Below, in pieces: positions 26,047 through 35,912 of a stretch of DNA of 64,000 nt. Every line of letters starts with the position of its first letter. The stretch's first letter is position 1. Made by a program: the position numbers and the translations under genes. Origin of the DNA: Bacillota bacterium (GTDB taxonomy: Bacteria > Bacillota > UBA994); contig JAGXTJ010000034.1 of assembly GCA_018333655.1 (NCBI GenBank), forward strand, positions 12,716-76,715, read 5' to 3'. The notes below the pieces were generated by a model. The model did not search any database and was not told where the DNA came from. It saw only the letters and a program-made list of their open reading frames with translations.

Positions 26047-27913
26047 GTGCGCCCGGCATGGGCGTTATCTCTAGGGTGAAAGTCCCGAACGGTGAAGGTA
26101 GCAGTAACCGTAGCTTAAGGCAAGGGTGTCCGCGGCGACGCGGAATCTGAAGGAAGCCGGCGGCAAACCTCTGGCCCGAGGAACACGAACCTCAAGTGAG
26201 GCTAGCGACAGGTGGATGAGTCTGCATAGTGAGACAAAGTCCTTGCTGCCAAAGTCTGTCGAGAGTAAATGAGGCGGGTAGATGGAGGGAAAGATAGCGC
26301 TCTTACCCGGGGAGACCTGCCAGCGTACCGACTAAGTTGGGAACTCGTACAGCAATGTGCGACTGAGCGGGCAGGAGTCAGCAGAGGCCATAGTACCCGC
26401 CTGCGGGGAAGGGCTGAACATGAAACGAGGTGAGCAAATGACAAGTTCGCGGAAAGAGCAAGGACAGCAGAAAACCCTTAACAGGGGCTCCTCACAGGAG
26501 GAAGTGGTGAATACACAGGGGACTGTGAGAGTGCAGAGCTCTTCCCCGGCACAAGTCAAGAGCTACACCTGCGGGACCGAGTATACCCTGCTGGAAGAGA
26601 TGTTGAAGCTAGATAACATGATGGCAGCCCTCAAGCGCGTAGAGCAGAACAAAGGAGCAGCCGGAGTAGATAAGGTAGACGTAAAATCCCTACGACCCTA
26701 CCTCAAAGAACACTGGCCTCGCATCAGAGGAGAGCTACTAGAGGGAACCTACAAGCCTCAGCCAGTCCGCCGAGTCGAAATCCCGAAATCCGACGGTGGC
26801 ATAAGGCTCTTAGGTATACCCACTCTAGTCGACCGTCTAATCCAACAGGGCCTCTCACAAGTTCTAACGCCAATCTTTGACCCCAGTTTCTCAAACAGTA
26901 GCTACGGCTTCAGGCCGAACCGTAGCACCCACCAGGCAGTCAAACAGGCAAAACAGTACATTGAGGACGGTTACAGGTACGTCGTTGACCTAGATCTGGA
27001 GAAATTCTTCGACCGAGTCAATCACGACATCCTAATGGCCCGAGTAGCCCGCAAGATCAAAGATAAGCGGATACTTGGACTCATCAGAGCCTACCTCAAT
27101 GCAGGAATTATGGCCAAGGGAGTATGCGTAAGAAGTGAACAGGGGGTTCCACAGGGTGGGCCACTTAGTCCAGCTCTATCGAATATAATCCTTGATGACT
27201 TGGATAAGGAGCTAGAGAGAAGGGGACACCGCTTTGTTCGTTACGCCGACGACTGTAATATTTACGTCAAGACGGAGCGAGCAGGGCAAAGAGTCATGGA
27301 GGGCGTAAAGAGATTTGTAGAGGATGAACTAAAACTCAAGGTCAACGAGCAGAAAAGTGCTGTTGACCGCCCATGGAAACGAAAGTTTCTAGGGTTCTCG
27401 TTCACAGCTGAGCGCAAAACACGTACACGTATAGCGCCCAAAGCCCGGGCAAGATTCGAGGACAAGGTGAGGGAACTCACCAATCGTTCGCGAAGCATGA
27501 GTATGGCGAAACGAATTGACCAGCTAAACGTGTACCTACGAGGATGGATGGGATACTTCTGCCTAGCTGACACGCGCAGCGTCATTGAGTCCCTAGACCA
27601 GTGGACTCGGCGACGCCTCCGTATGTGCTATTTAAAGCAGTGGAAGAAACCCAAAGCAGTCTACCATAACCTCGTCAAGCTTGGCCTAAGACCAGACTTC
27701 GCCAGAAACCTCAGTGGCTCAGGCAAAGGATACTGGCGATTAGCCAACACGCCGCAGATGAACATAGCCCTTGGTTTGGCCTTTTGGGCTAACCAAGGAC
27801 TATTGAGTTTGGTTCAGTTATATGACAAGCACCGTAGTGTTTCATGAACCGCCGTATACCGAACGGTACGTACGGTGGTGTGAGAGGACGGGGGTTAGTC
27901 ACCCCCTCCTACT
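26047..27913 (+). mobile_element. Group II intron, bacterial class C-like (inserted downstream of a terminator stem-loop); boundaries approximate
   Basis: 5' GTGCGCC at 26047. Intron-encoded RT ORF in domain IV. Domain V-like hairpin ccgccgtataccgaacggtacgtacggtgg at ~27856-27888. Domain VI-like stem to ~27913. Small size and no En domain in the IEP. Confidence 0.8.
26420..27847 (+). CDS. Group II intron reverse transcriptase/maturase (IEP)
   Basis: RT domains 0-7, including YADD (RFVRYADDCNIYV), and a maturase X domain (LRGWMGYFCLAD). ATG 26420 after GGGGAAGGG; the ORF-track 26357 start is probably too long. Confidence 0.9.
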   Translation: MKRGEQMTSSRKEQGQQKTLNRGSSQEEVVNTQGTVRVQSSSPAQVKSYTCGTEYTLLEEMLKLDNMMAALKRVEQNKGAAGVDKVDVKSLRPYLKEHWPRIRGELLEGTYKPQPVRRVEIPKSDGGIRLLGIPTLVDRLIQQGLSQVLTPIFDPSFSNSSYGFRPNRSTHQAVKQAKQYIEDGYRYVVDLDLEKFFDRVNHDILMARVARKIKDKRILGLIRAYLNAGIMAKGVCVRSEQGVPQGGPLSPALSNIILDDLDKELERRGHRFVRYADDCNIYVKTERAGQRVMEGVKRFVEDELKLKVNEQKSAVDRPWKRKFLGFSFTAERKTRTRIAPKARARFEDKVRELTNRSRSMSMAKRIDQLNVYLRGWMGYFCLADTRSVIESLDQWTRRRLRMCYLKQWKKPKAVYHNLVKLGLRPDFARNLSGSGKGYWRLANTPQMNIALGLAFWANQGLLSLVQLYDKHRSVS

Positions 27914-28014
27914 CGATTCACAGGCGAAATCTTCTTGCCACCAGCAGGAATAATTGTTCACAGGGCGAAGTAAAAGCTAGGACAAGCGAAGTATTTTGGA
28001 GGGGGGATTAAGGC

Positions 28015-29412
28015 GTGCTATCTAAACCGTTGCTAGAAGATGTCTTGCTGGCCGCACTCAGCACAGGAGGAGATTTTGCTGAAGTCTTTGTAGAAGATCG
28101 CTTCAGCACAACGCTCTCTATGGTCGGGGGCAAGGTGGACAGCGGTGTGTCAGGCCGCGACTATGGCATTGGCATTCGTATTCTCAAGGGAACAAACTAT
28201 GTCTATGCCTACACGAACGACTACGCTCGCGACAATCTCGTTAAGGTCGCGAAAGAGGCTGCGGCAGCTATACCTGGCCAGCTAGAGACAAGCGGACTCA
28301 CTTTGCGCTTTATGAAGGATGAGCCGCGGCAGATCAACCGCATCACCATCTATCCCCACGAGGTAGCCAAGGAGCGCAAGGTTGCTCTTATGACTCAGGC
28401 TTACCATGTAGCTAAAGGCTACGACCCAGTAATTTCTCAAGTTATGGTGCGTTACTTTGACGAAGACCAGAAAGTGCAAATTGCCAACTCTAGCGGTCTC
28501 TATGTTGAAGACCGCCGCGTGCGCACGCGCACGTCTATTACCGCCATTGCCTCTAAAGGGGCAGAAAAGCAGTCAGGGTTTTACGGCCCGGGTAGTCATA
28601 GGGGTTTTGAGTTCTACGATACTATTAACATCGACGATTACGCCCGCGAGGCAGCCAGAATAGCCACCACCATGATACACGCGCCTTATGCTCCTAGTGG
28701 GCGCATACCGGTTATTATCGACAACGAATTCGGCGGGGTTATTTTCCACGAGGCCTGTGGTCATAGCTTGGAAGCAACTTCGGTGGCCAAGAAGACGTCA
28801 GTGTTTGCGGACAAGTTAGGCGAAAAGATTGCCTCTGATGTCGTGAGCGCGGTGGATGACGGCACCATACCTAATGCTTGGGGCAGCCTCAATGTCGATG
28901 ACGAGGGGCATCTCTCACAGCGCAATCTACTTATTGAGAATGGTGTGCTTAAAGGGTACATGATCGACAAGTTTAACGGTCGCCGCATGAATATGCCTGC
29001 TACCGGCAATGCGCGTCGTCAGTCCTACAAGTTCGCACCTACCTCCCGCATGACGAACACCTTTATTTTACCGGGCAAAAGTACGCGCGATGAGATAATC
29101 GCGGCGACAGAATACGGCCTCTTCGCCCGCTACATGGGGGGCGGCTCGGTTAACCCAGCTACAGGCGAATTTAACTTTGCCGTCAATGAGGGCTACTTGG
29201 TCCGTAATGGCAAAATTGCCGAGCCGGTCAGGGGCGCTACTCTTATCGGCAAGGGGTCGGACGTGCTGATGTTAATCGACATGGTGGCAGACAATTTGGC
29301 CTGTGGGCAAGGTATGTGTGGCTCTATAAGCGGCTCTTTGCCTGCTGATGTTGGGCAGCCAACACTACGTGTCTCAGAAATGATTGTCGGTGGTAGAAAG
29401 GGGGACAAGTAA
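28015..29412 (+). CDS. tldD: Metalloprotease TldD
   Basis: HEACGHSLEA zinc motif; TldD/PmbA fold throughout. Confidence 0.85.
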   Translation: MLSKPLLEDVLLAALSTGGDFAEVFVEDRFSTTLSMVGGKVDSGVSGRDYGIGIRILKGTNYVYAYTNDYARDNLVKVAKEAAAAIPGQLETSGLTLRFMKDEPRQINRITIYPHEVAKERKVALMTQAYHVAKGYDPVISQVMVRYFDEDQKVQIANSSGLYVEDRRVRTRTSITAIASKGAEKQSGFYGPGSHRGFEFYDTINIDDYAREAARIATTMIHAPYAPSGRIPVIIDNEFGGVIFHEACGHSLEATSVAKKTSVFADKLGEKIASDVVSAVDDGTIPNAWGSLNVDDEGHLSQRNLLIENGVLKGYMIDKFNGRRMNMPATGNARRQSYKFAPTSRMTNTFILPGKSTRDEIIAATEYGLFARYMGGGSVNPATGEFNFAVNEGYLVRNGKIAEPVRGATLIGKGSDVLMLIDMVADNLACGQGMCGSISGSLPADVGQPTLRVSEMIVGGRKGDK

Positions 29413-30759
29413 GTGGAAGTGAGAGCATTCGTCGACCAACTCTTTGCTCTCGGTCATCGCCAAGGCTTTAGCGATATGGAGGCCTATGTGGCGATGCGCA
29501 ATCTCTTTCGCGTTGGGGTATTTAAGTCCGAAATAGATAGCTATACCCTAGCTGAGTCGCGCGGGCTGGCCTTTCGCGGCTTGATTAACGGCCGCATGGG
29601 GTATAGCTTTACCGAGAATCTGGCACTAGACTCCGTTAGAATGCTGGTCGAAGACGCCGCCGCCAATGCCTTGATTATTGACAGTGAAGACATAGAGGAG
29701 ATTTATAGCGGGGTTTTATCGGATACATACCACGAGCTAGACTCTTTTTCACCGGAGCTTGAAGAAGTGCCGGCGGCAGACAAAATAGCTTGGGCGAAAG
29801 ACTTGGAGCAAAAGGCCTATGCTTTGGATAGTAGGGTGTCCACCGTACAAGTCAGTATGGGCAACAGTTCTGGAGAGACGCGCATTATGAACACCCGGGG
29901 GTTAAATTTGGCCCACAAAGGAAACTTTGCCGATAGCTACATCGCGGTGGTGGCCAAGGAAGGTGACGACACTAAGAGCGCCTACGCCTTCTTCTCTTCG
30001 CGTGATTTCGCTAAGTTTGCGCATGCTGAACTAGCCAAAGAAGCGGTACAAGAGGCTACCTCTCTGCTTGGTGCCGAGTCAATTGCCTCTGGCACCTACA
30101 AGGTTCTCTTGCGGCACGATGTCGCTAGCGAGCTTCTCGCTACTTTTGCCTCATCCTTTTCTGCCGAGGCCGTGCAGAAAGGGCTCTCTCTCCTTAAAGA
30201 CAAGCTAGGTGAGGCCATCATGAGCTCGTCTATCACTATCATCGATGATCCCCTCCTCCCTGAACGGCCCAATTCTGCGCCTTTTGACGCCGAGGGCGTT
30301 GCCACCAAGACAAAAACAGTGGTGGGAGAGGGCAAGCTAGTTACTCTGCTGCACAATCTAAAAACGGCGAAGAAAGATGGCGTCGCCTCTACCGGCAATG
30401 CGCATAAGGCGGCGTTCAATGCCCCAGTAACAGTTGCCCCCACCAACCTCTATATTCAGGCGGGCGGCAAGGTGTACGCCGAACTCGTAGCAGAGTTAGA
30501 GAACGGCCTAGTAATCATCGCGGTGCAGGGTACTCATTCCGGTGCCAATCCTGTTTCGGGCGACTTTTCGCTGTCTGCCTACGGCTACCTAGTGGAGGAT
30601 GGCAAAGTAGTTCGCCCCGTCAACCAAATCACTATTGCGGGCAACTTCTTTGCTATGTTGTCAAATATTCAAGGTGTTGGCAACGACTTGCTGTTTAAGT
30701 ACGGTTCTGTGGCCTCCCCCTCCTTGCTTATCGGCTCTTTAGCCGTTTCTGGCAAGTAG
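29413..30759 (+). CDS. pmbA: TldE/PmbA protein
   Basis: PmbA/TldD family paralog directly after tldD (GYLVEDGKVVRPVNQITIAGN). Confidence 0.8.
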   Translation: MEVRAFVDQLFALGHRQGFSDMEAYVAMRNLFRVGVFKSEIDSYTLAESRGLAFRGLINGRMGYSFTENLALDSVRMLVEDAAANALIIDSEDIEEIYSGVLSDTYHELDSFSPELEEVPAADKIAWAKDLEQKAYALDSRVSTVQVSMGNSSGETRIMNTRGLNLAHKGNFADSYIAVVAKEGDDTKSAYAFFSSRDFAKFAHAELAKEAVQEATSLLGAESIASGTYKVLLRHDVASELLATFASSFSAEAVQKGLSLLKDKLGEAIMSSSITIIDDPLLPERPNSAPFDAEGVATKTKTVVGEGKLVTLLHNLKTAKKDGVASTGNAHKAAFNAPVTVAPTNLYIQAGGKVYAELVAELENGLVIIAVQGTHSGANPVSGDFSLSAYGYLVEDGKVVRPVNQITIAGNFFAMLSNIQGVGNDLLFKYGSVASPSLLIGSLAVSGK

Positions 30760-30791
30760 TAGCGGTAGTCAGCGAGAGCTATGGTAGTGAA

Positions 30792-30826
30792 AAGAGGCTG
30801 ACTCGAGTAATGCGAGTCGGCCTCTT
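30792..30826. terminator. Bidirectional terminator hairpin between convergent pmbA and rsmF-like genes
   Basis: aagaggctgactcg-agtaatg-cgagtcggcctctt (14-bp stem with 1 G-U pair). Flanking T/A-rich runs are weak. Confidence 0.45.
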
Positions 30827-32144
30827 AAAGCTTACGCAGTCCCTTGGGTAGATGATTCTTGACCTGCCCTTGTGAGGCCTTGCCAAGCCCAAGGGGGAAG
30901 CCCTCGCAGCAGATGAGAACCCAGCCTTCTACGTCGAGAGCACAGGGAATGACATGTCCGTGCAGGTAGGAGAGCAGTCTAGGGTCATCGCTTTTATAGT
31001 CAAGGCGCGGAAGATGGGGCGGAGTGAGAGATAGTGCGAAGGCATGGTCGGGGTGAAAGCGCTTCTCGTGTGCTGTGCCGAGCTTAAGACCAAGGCGAAC
31101 GATGCGTACCCCCACCAGGTCAGGCATGCCTCGCGGTATGCGGTAGAGGGTGTCGCCCTGGGCATGGAGGCGCGCGGAGTCTTGGGAGTATGACGGGCCC
31201 GCAAATTCTTGCATCAGTTTCACGGCTTTGCCGGGTGGCGCAGCCGGGCGAAACAAGCGCACTTTAGTCTCTGTTAGTGGTGTCGCTGTGTTCTTGGTCA
31301 GTACGGCACTAAACTGACCTTCGCCAGGCACTAGATGCGGCAGCAGGCGAACAGTTGGCTGATGTAACTGCAGCGAGCTCTCTTTGGCCGCCATATTCGC
31401 CAAAAGCCATTCATTTTCTTCCTCGGCAAAGGTGCAGGTTGAGTAGACCATTTTGCCACCACTGCGTAGCATGTGCAGGGCAGAAGTGAGGATCTCCTCT
31501 TGGCGGGCAGCCGAAGACGCTACGTGTTCGCTCCGCCAGCTTTGTCTTGCGGCGTAATCTTTGCGAAAGAGCCCTTCGCCAGAGCAAGGGGCATCGACTA
31601 GGATGCGGTCAAAATAGTTAGGCAGTGCCCGCGCTAGAACGGCAGGGGGTGAGTTAACCACCGCGAAATTGTCTGCACCGAAAGACTCGAGATTGTAAAC
31701 TAGGGTTTGGGCTCGCGCTGCGTCTACTTCATTGGCGACAAGCAAGCCCTGTCCCTGTAAATGAGCCAGTATTTGCGTGGCCTTGCCTCCTGGTGCCGCT
31801 GAGAGATCGAGTACTTTATGATGCGGTTCTACGTCTAGGGACTCTACTGGGTACATGGCGGACGCATCTTGGATATAGTAGAGTCCAGCCCAGTGCAGCG
31901 GATGCTGTCCGGGCTTTTCGTCACCAGCATAGTAGTAACCCGCACTGCACCAAGGGACTGGTGAAAGGTGAAAAGGCAGCCAGCGTAGAATATCTACAGG
32001 ACTTGTTTTCAGGGTATTAACTCGCAAGGCATAGGTGCGAGGTCCTTCTAGGGCGTCGAGCAATGCCTGCCCATGCTGGGGGTCTCGCGCCAGGATACGC
32101 GCCACAAACAGGGGGGGTAGTGATGGTAACGGCAGCCGAAGCAC
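30825..32144 (-). CDS. 16S rRNA m5C methyltransferase, RsmF/RsmB (NOL1/NOP2/Sun) family
   Basis: SAM-MTase motifs VLDLSAAPGGKATQI, ILVDAPCSGEGLFRK, MVYSTCTF. RVNTLK N-domain. The 5' end overlaps the divergent kinase gene by about 22 nt if the start at 32144 is correct. Confidence 0.75.
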   Translation of the reverse strand: MLRLPLPSLPPLFVARILARDPQHGQALLDALEGPRTYALRVNTLKTSPVDILRWLPFHLSPVPWCSAGYYYAGDEKPGQHPLHWAGLYYIQDASAMYPVESLDVEPHHKVLDLSAAPGGKATQILAHLQGQGLLVANEVDAARAQTLVYNLESFGADNFAVVNSPPAVLARALPNYFDRILVDAPCSGEGLFRKDYAARQSWRSEHVASSAARQEEILTSALHMLRSGGKMVYSTCTFAEEENEWLLANMAAKESSLQLHQPTVRLLPHLVPGEGQFSAVLTKNTATPLTETKVRLFRPAAPPGKAVKLMQEFAGPSYSQDSARLHAQGDTLYRIPRGMPDLVGVRIVRLGLKLGTAHEKRFHPDHAFALSLTPPHLPRLDYKSDDPRLLSYLHGHVIPCALDVEGWVLICCEGFPLGLGKASQGQVKNHLPKGLRKL

Positions 32145-33400
32145 CTTCTTTCCAGAGTAAGCTACTGCCTCTGCTCTACTTGGCCTCGCTCACTGTTTTT
32201 GTTAGCAATTTTAGTTACTTTCCCTTTGGTACCGCTTTTCGCTTCAGTCTCGCTGTGAGCGCCTTTGCTTTGTTCTTGCTCCTACGTTCTGATGTCAACC
32301 CCGCTGTGGGGGGGATAGTCACGGGAGTGGCCATTGTTCTTTTTCGCACCGTGCTCAGCACTTACATGGCGGGCCTGCCCATGGTGCCTGCCTTCTTGCG
32401 CCACTACCCCGCAGGTGTGTACTATCTCTGTTTCGGCAGTGGGTTACTCCTGGCGCGTCACCTCGTAAGTAGCACACCTCTGTACATTATTTCACTACTT
32501 GGTGCGCTCGACTTTTCCTCGAACATCGCTGAACTTATCTTGCGTGGTGATTTTGCTCTGCGCCTTGAGCCAACTATGTTCTACCTGCTTCTAGCGGTGG
32601 CTGCCATTCGAGCCACCTTAACTGGCTTAGCCTATACCGCCTACCTGCAAAAGGAAGATATTCTCAGGCGAGAACAAAGACAAAGGGAGTTTGAGCGCCT
32701 GCTGCTCCTGACCTCAGATGTTAACGGCGAATTGCTGTATTTTGAGCATGCTCTGGAGGATGTGGAGCGAGTAATGCACAAAAGTTACCAGCTGTATCAC
32801 AAACTGCGAGATGACAACCGCGACGAAGCGGCAATTGCGCTCGCGGTGACGCGAGAAATCCATGATGCCAAAAAAGACTTTGCCCGCCTAGGGGCACGCC
32901 TAAACGCAGTATTGCTGCGCGAGCGCGCCGACAAAAGTTTGGCCCTGCACACCTTAGTCGAAGTAGCAGTGAAAGCAAATCAAGCACTGGCCCTTGAGTT
33001 AGGGAAAAAAGTACAGATTCATTCTGAAATTACGGGTGCTGCGGACATCAGCAATTACCATCACGTTCTGTCAATAATCAATAACTTGATGAGTAATGCT
33101 GTCGATGCGATTGTGCATCAGGGCGAGGTTTGGCTCAAGTTGGAGGTTAATGCCAGTAGTTTAGCGGTGACGGTCGCCGATAATGGGGTAGGCATTAACT
33201 TAAGTGACCTGCCAATTATCTTTCGCCCAGGTTTTACGACGAAGTTCAACCCGCATAATGGACAAGCCTCTACCGGTCTTGGTTTAGCGCAGGTGCAGAA
33301 CATTGCGGAGAGTCTCGGTGGCAAGATCACTGTTCGGAGCGAAGTGGGGAGCGGCACCCTGTTTACAGTAACACTGCCTATAGGGGGAAGCTTTGTATGA
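32123..33400 (+). CDS. Sensor histidine kinase with polytopic membrane N-terminus (DcuS/CitA-type kinase core; GlnK/YcbA-like)
   Basis: About 6 TM helices. H-box-like REIHDAKKDF. HATPase_c G-boxes (DNGVGINLSDLPIIFRPGFTTK, GLGLAQVQNIAESLGGKITV). GlnK-like assignment is tentative. Confidence 0.65.
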   Translation: MVTAAEAPSFQSKLLPLLYLASLTVFVSNFSYFPFGTAFRFSLAVSAFALFLLLRSDVNPAVGGIVTGVAIVLFRTVLSTYMAGLPMVPAFLRHYPAGVYYLCFGSGLLLARHLVSSTPLYIISLLGALDFSSNIAELILRGDFALRLEPTMFYLLLAVAAIRATLTGLAYTAYLQKEDILRREQRQREFERLLLLTSDVNGELLYFEHALEDVERVMHKSYQLYHKLRDDNRDEAAIALAVTREIHDAKKDFARLGARLNAVLLRERADKSLALHTLVEVAVKANQALALELGKKVQIHSEITGAADISNYHHVLSIINNLMSNAVDAIVHQGEVWLKLEVNASSLAVTVADNGVGINLSDLPIIFRPGFTTKFNPHNGQASTGLGLAQVQNIAESLGGKITVRSEVGSGTLFTVTLPIGGSFV

Positions 33401-34257
33401 TAAAGTATCTCTTCTACATAGTTGATGACGATATCGCTATTAGGCGCATGCTTAGGGAGTTTGTCCGTGAGGGGCAGCTCGGCGAAGTAGTTGGTGAGGC
33501 CGAACGGGGCGATACAGCCCTGCAGTTCTTAGCCAGCACACCGGTCGACATTGTACTCGTTGACTTGCTGCTGCCGGACATGGATGGCATAACATTGGTG
33601 CGGTCAGTCAAGTCGAGAGGGGATACTGCCTGTGTGATGATTTCCGAGGTGCAGGCCAAAGACATGGTCGGCGAAGCCTACGAGGCTGGTATCGAGTTTT
33701 TTATCCACAAGCCACTTAACTCGCGAGAAGTACAGGCCGTGTTGGGCAAAGTTAGCGAGACTTTGCGCTTGAAAAGAGCGGTAGGGAATATCTATCGTTC
33801 AGTTTCTGAGATTGCCAGCGTGGAAAGGCCTGCGCCAAGGTCGCGCACCGACCGAGCGCGCGCTAAAATGAGAGGCGTACTGCACGACATGGGGATAGGT
33901 GGCGACAGCGGCGCCCGCGATCTAGAAGAGGCCGCGCTGTTCATTGCCAACTGTCAGGTAGGCGACATGTTCGCGGTGAAGGACTTGCTGTCCTTTGTCG
34001 CGGGGGAGAGTCAGACATCACAAAAAGCAGCCGAACAACGCATGCGGCGTGCGATTTCGGCTGCGCTCCGGCACTTGGCGGCGCTAGGGTTAGAAGATTA
34101 CGGCAACCCCCGTTTTGAGAACTACGCCGCAACCTTCTTTGATTTTAATGAAGTGCGCCGTGAGATGCGTAGTCTCGAAGGGGAGGAAACCTACGGCGGG
34201 AAAGTAAGCCTGAAAGGCTTTCTCTCTGCCTTGGCCCATTACTCACTTGCTCCTTAG
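33397..34257 (+). CDS. Response regulator (receiver domain plus uncharacterised C-terminal output domain; GlnL/YcbB-like)
   Basis: Receiver motifs IVDDD, DIVLVDLLLPDMDG, KP. 4-nt overlap with the kinase gene. C-terminal domain not recognised with certainty. Confidence 0.65.
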   Translation: MIKYLFYIVDDDIAIRRMLREFVREGQLGEVVGEAERGDTALQFLASTPVDIVLVDLLLPDMDGITLVRSVKSRGDTACVMISEVQAKDMVGEAYEAGIEFFIHKPLNSREVQAVLGKVSETLRLKRAVGNIYRSVSEIASVERPAPRSRTDRARAKMRGVLHDMGIGGDSGARDLEEAALFIANCQVGDMFAVKDLLSFVAGESQTSQKAAEQRMRRAISAALRHLAALGLEDYGNPRFENYAATFFDFNEVRREMRSLEGEETYGGKVSLKGFLSALAHYSLAP

Positions 34258-34258
34258 A

Positions 34259-35746
34259 CTAGCGGATAATCTTGATGTGCTCGGCAGTGGGGTCCTCAGT
34301 ACCGTAAATCTGGACATCGGCTTTCTTTAGTCTGCGTACATAGTCAATGATGTCCTGCGTCAAGATCTCGCCCGGGCAGATAAGGGGTATGCCCGGTGGG
34401 TAAGACATAAGCATTTCAGCGACGATTTTCCCTTTGGCCTGTTCTAGAGGTACGCGCTTACTGTCAGCATAAAAAGCTTCGCGGGGGAGGTAGGCGAGTG
34501 CGGGAATAGGTGGCAATTCAATCACCTGCTCGCGCACGTCTTGTACAGTGTACTTGCGCGCAATTTCAGAGAGCGCGTGCACTAGGGCTCGTACAGTTTC
34601 CTTGGTGTCAGCGATAGTGACCACACACAAAACGTTGTAGAGATCAGATAGATCCACCTGGATGTGGAAACCCTGACGCAGAATGCGCTCGATTTCAAAA
34701 CCGGTGATACCTAGGGCACGCACATTGATACAGAGCTTAGTGGGGTCGTAGTCATGGCAGCCAAGTTGCCCGACTAGGTCATTGCCATAAACATAGAGAC
34801 CGGGGATGTTGTTGTTAATCTCGTAACGTGCCCAGTTGGCAATGTTGATCGCGTGTGTCAACATCTCGTGTCCGCGGAAAAACGCTTGTTTGCGAGAGAC
34901 GTCAATGGAAGCTAAGAGGGGATAGGAAGGACTTGTTGTCTGGGTCAGATTGAGGGTGGTCTTGGTGTAGTCGTGGTCAACCAAGTCGCCCCGCGTCAAG
35001 AGTAAGCTGCTCTGTGTCATGGAGCCGAGCAGTTTGTGGGTGCTCAACGCCGCCATATCCGCACCTGCCTCCATAGCCGAAATTGGCAGGCCGGGGTGAA
35101 AACACAGATGTGCCCCATGAGCCTCATCGACCAAGACAGGAATTTCGTAATCCTCGGCGATTTCAACGATGCGTTCTAGCTCGGGGGCCATACCATAGAA
35201 AGTGGTGTTAGTAAGCAAAATGGCTTTAGACTCAGGATGCTGGCGCAAGGACTGGCGAACCTCATCCGCAGTAATAGCCATGGCAATGCCAAGGTAGTTG
35301 TCGACATAGGGCTGAATGTAGACGGGCTCGGCTCCGGTGAGAACAAGGGCAGAGACAACAGATTTATGAACATTGCGGGGTACAACTATCTTGTCCCCAG
35401 GGCGTAGCGTGGTCATCATCATGCAGTGAATGCCGGCGGTGGTGCCGTTACTGAGAAAATGAGCAAACTCCGCGCCAAAGGCCTCTGCCGCTAGTTCCTG
35501 GGCCTCGGCAATGGGGCCGTGTGGCTTGTAAATACTGTCTAAATCTGGCATGATAGTGAGATCGATGTTCATGATGTTTCGCCCTACAAAACGGGTGAAC
35601 TCAGGCAAACCTTTGCCGTGCTTGTGCCCAGGTACATGAAAAGAAAGTGTGCCTGCTCTCACATAGCTACGGAGCGCGTCAAATACGGGAGTTCGGCTTT
35701 GCCTGCGCTCAAGTGCAATGCGGGCTTGGTCTTTCCTATTTTTCAA
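34259..35746 (-). CDS. PLP-dependent Orn/Lys/Arg decarboxylase (Bacillus SpeA-type arginine decarboxylase family)
   Basis: SFHVPGHKHG, FLSNGTTAGI, PLP-Lys region ALSTHKLLGSMTQSSLL. TTG start at 35746 with GGAGG RBS; the ORF-track 35860 start is unlikely. Confidence 0.75.
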   Translation of the reverse strand: MKNRKDQARIALERRQSRTPVFDALRSYVRAGTLSFHVPGHKHGKGLPEFTRFVGRNIMNIDLTIMPDLDSIYKPHGPIAEAQELAAEAFGAEFAHFLSNGTTAGIHCMMMTTLRPGDKIVVPRNVHKSVVSALVLTGAEPVYIQPYVDNYLGIAMAITADEVRQSLRQHPESKAILLTNTTFYGMAPELERIVEIAEDYEIPVLVDEAHGAHLCFHPGLPISAMEAGADMAALSTHKLLGSMTQSSLLLTRGDLVDHDYTKTTLNLTQTTSPSYPLLASIDVSRKQAFFRGHEMLTHAINIANWARYEINNNIPGLYVYGNDLVGQLGCHDYDPTKLCINVRALGITGFEIERILRQGFHIQVDLSDLYNVLCVVTIADTKETVRALVHALSEIARKYTVQDVREQVIELPPIPALAYLPREAFYADSKRVPLEQAKGKIVAEMLMSYPPGIPLICPGEILTQDIIDYVRRLKKADVQIYGTEDPTAEHIKIIR

Positions 35747-35912
35747 TGTGCCGCCTCCTTCTGCCGCTCGCGCATCTTGGCGTGAGTTTGATGACTTATA
35801 CGCGTATAACGTTATATTAAACGCATAGGGGGGAATCTTCAATAGTTCTACAGCAGACATGGCAGGAAATTTTCAGTCCGCGGCAAAGAGCTGGTCAAAA
35901 CGGTGGTAAGGA

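Noticed and set aside
26357-26419. Longer N-terminal extension of the intron RT ORF (start at 26357) and of several other ORF-track starts (32063 kinase, 35860 decarboxylase, 54470 oxidoreductase, 18956 permease, 22736 PNPOx)
   Set aside because: Internal starts with good Shine-Dalgarno spacing and homology-consistent N-termini are more plausible. The extensions lack RBS and would overlap neighbouring genes or structured RNA.
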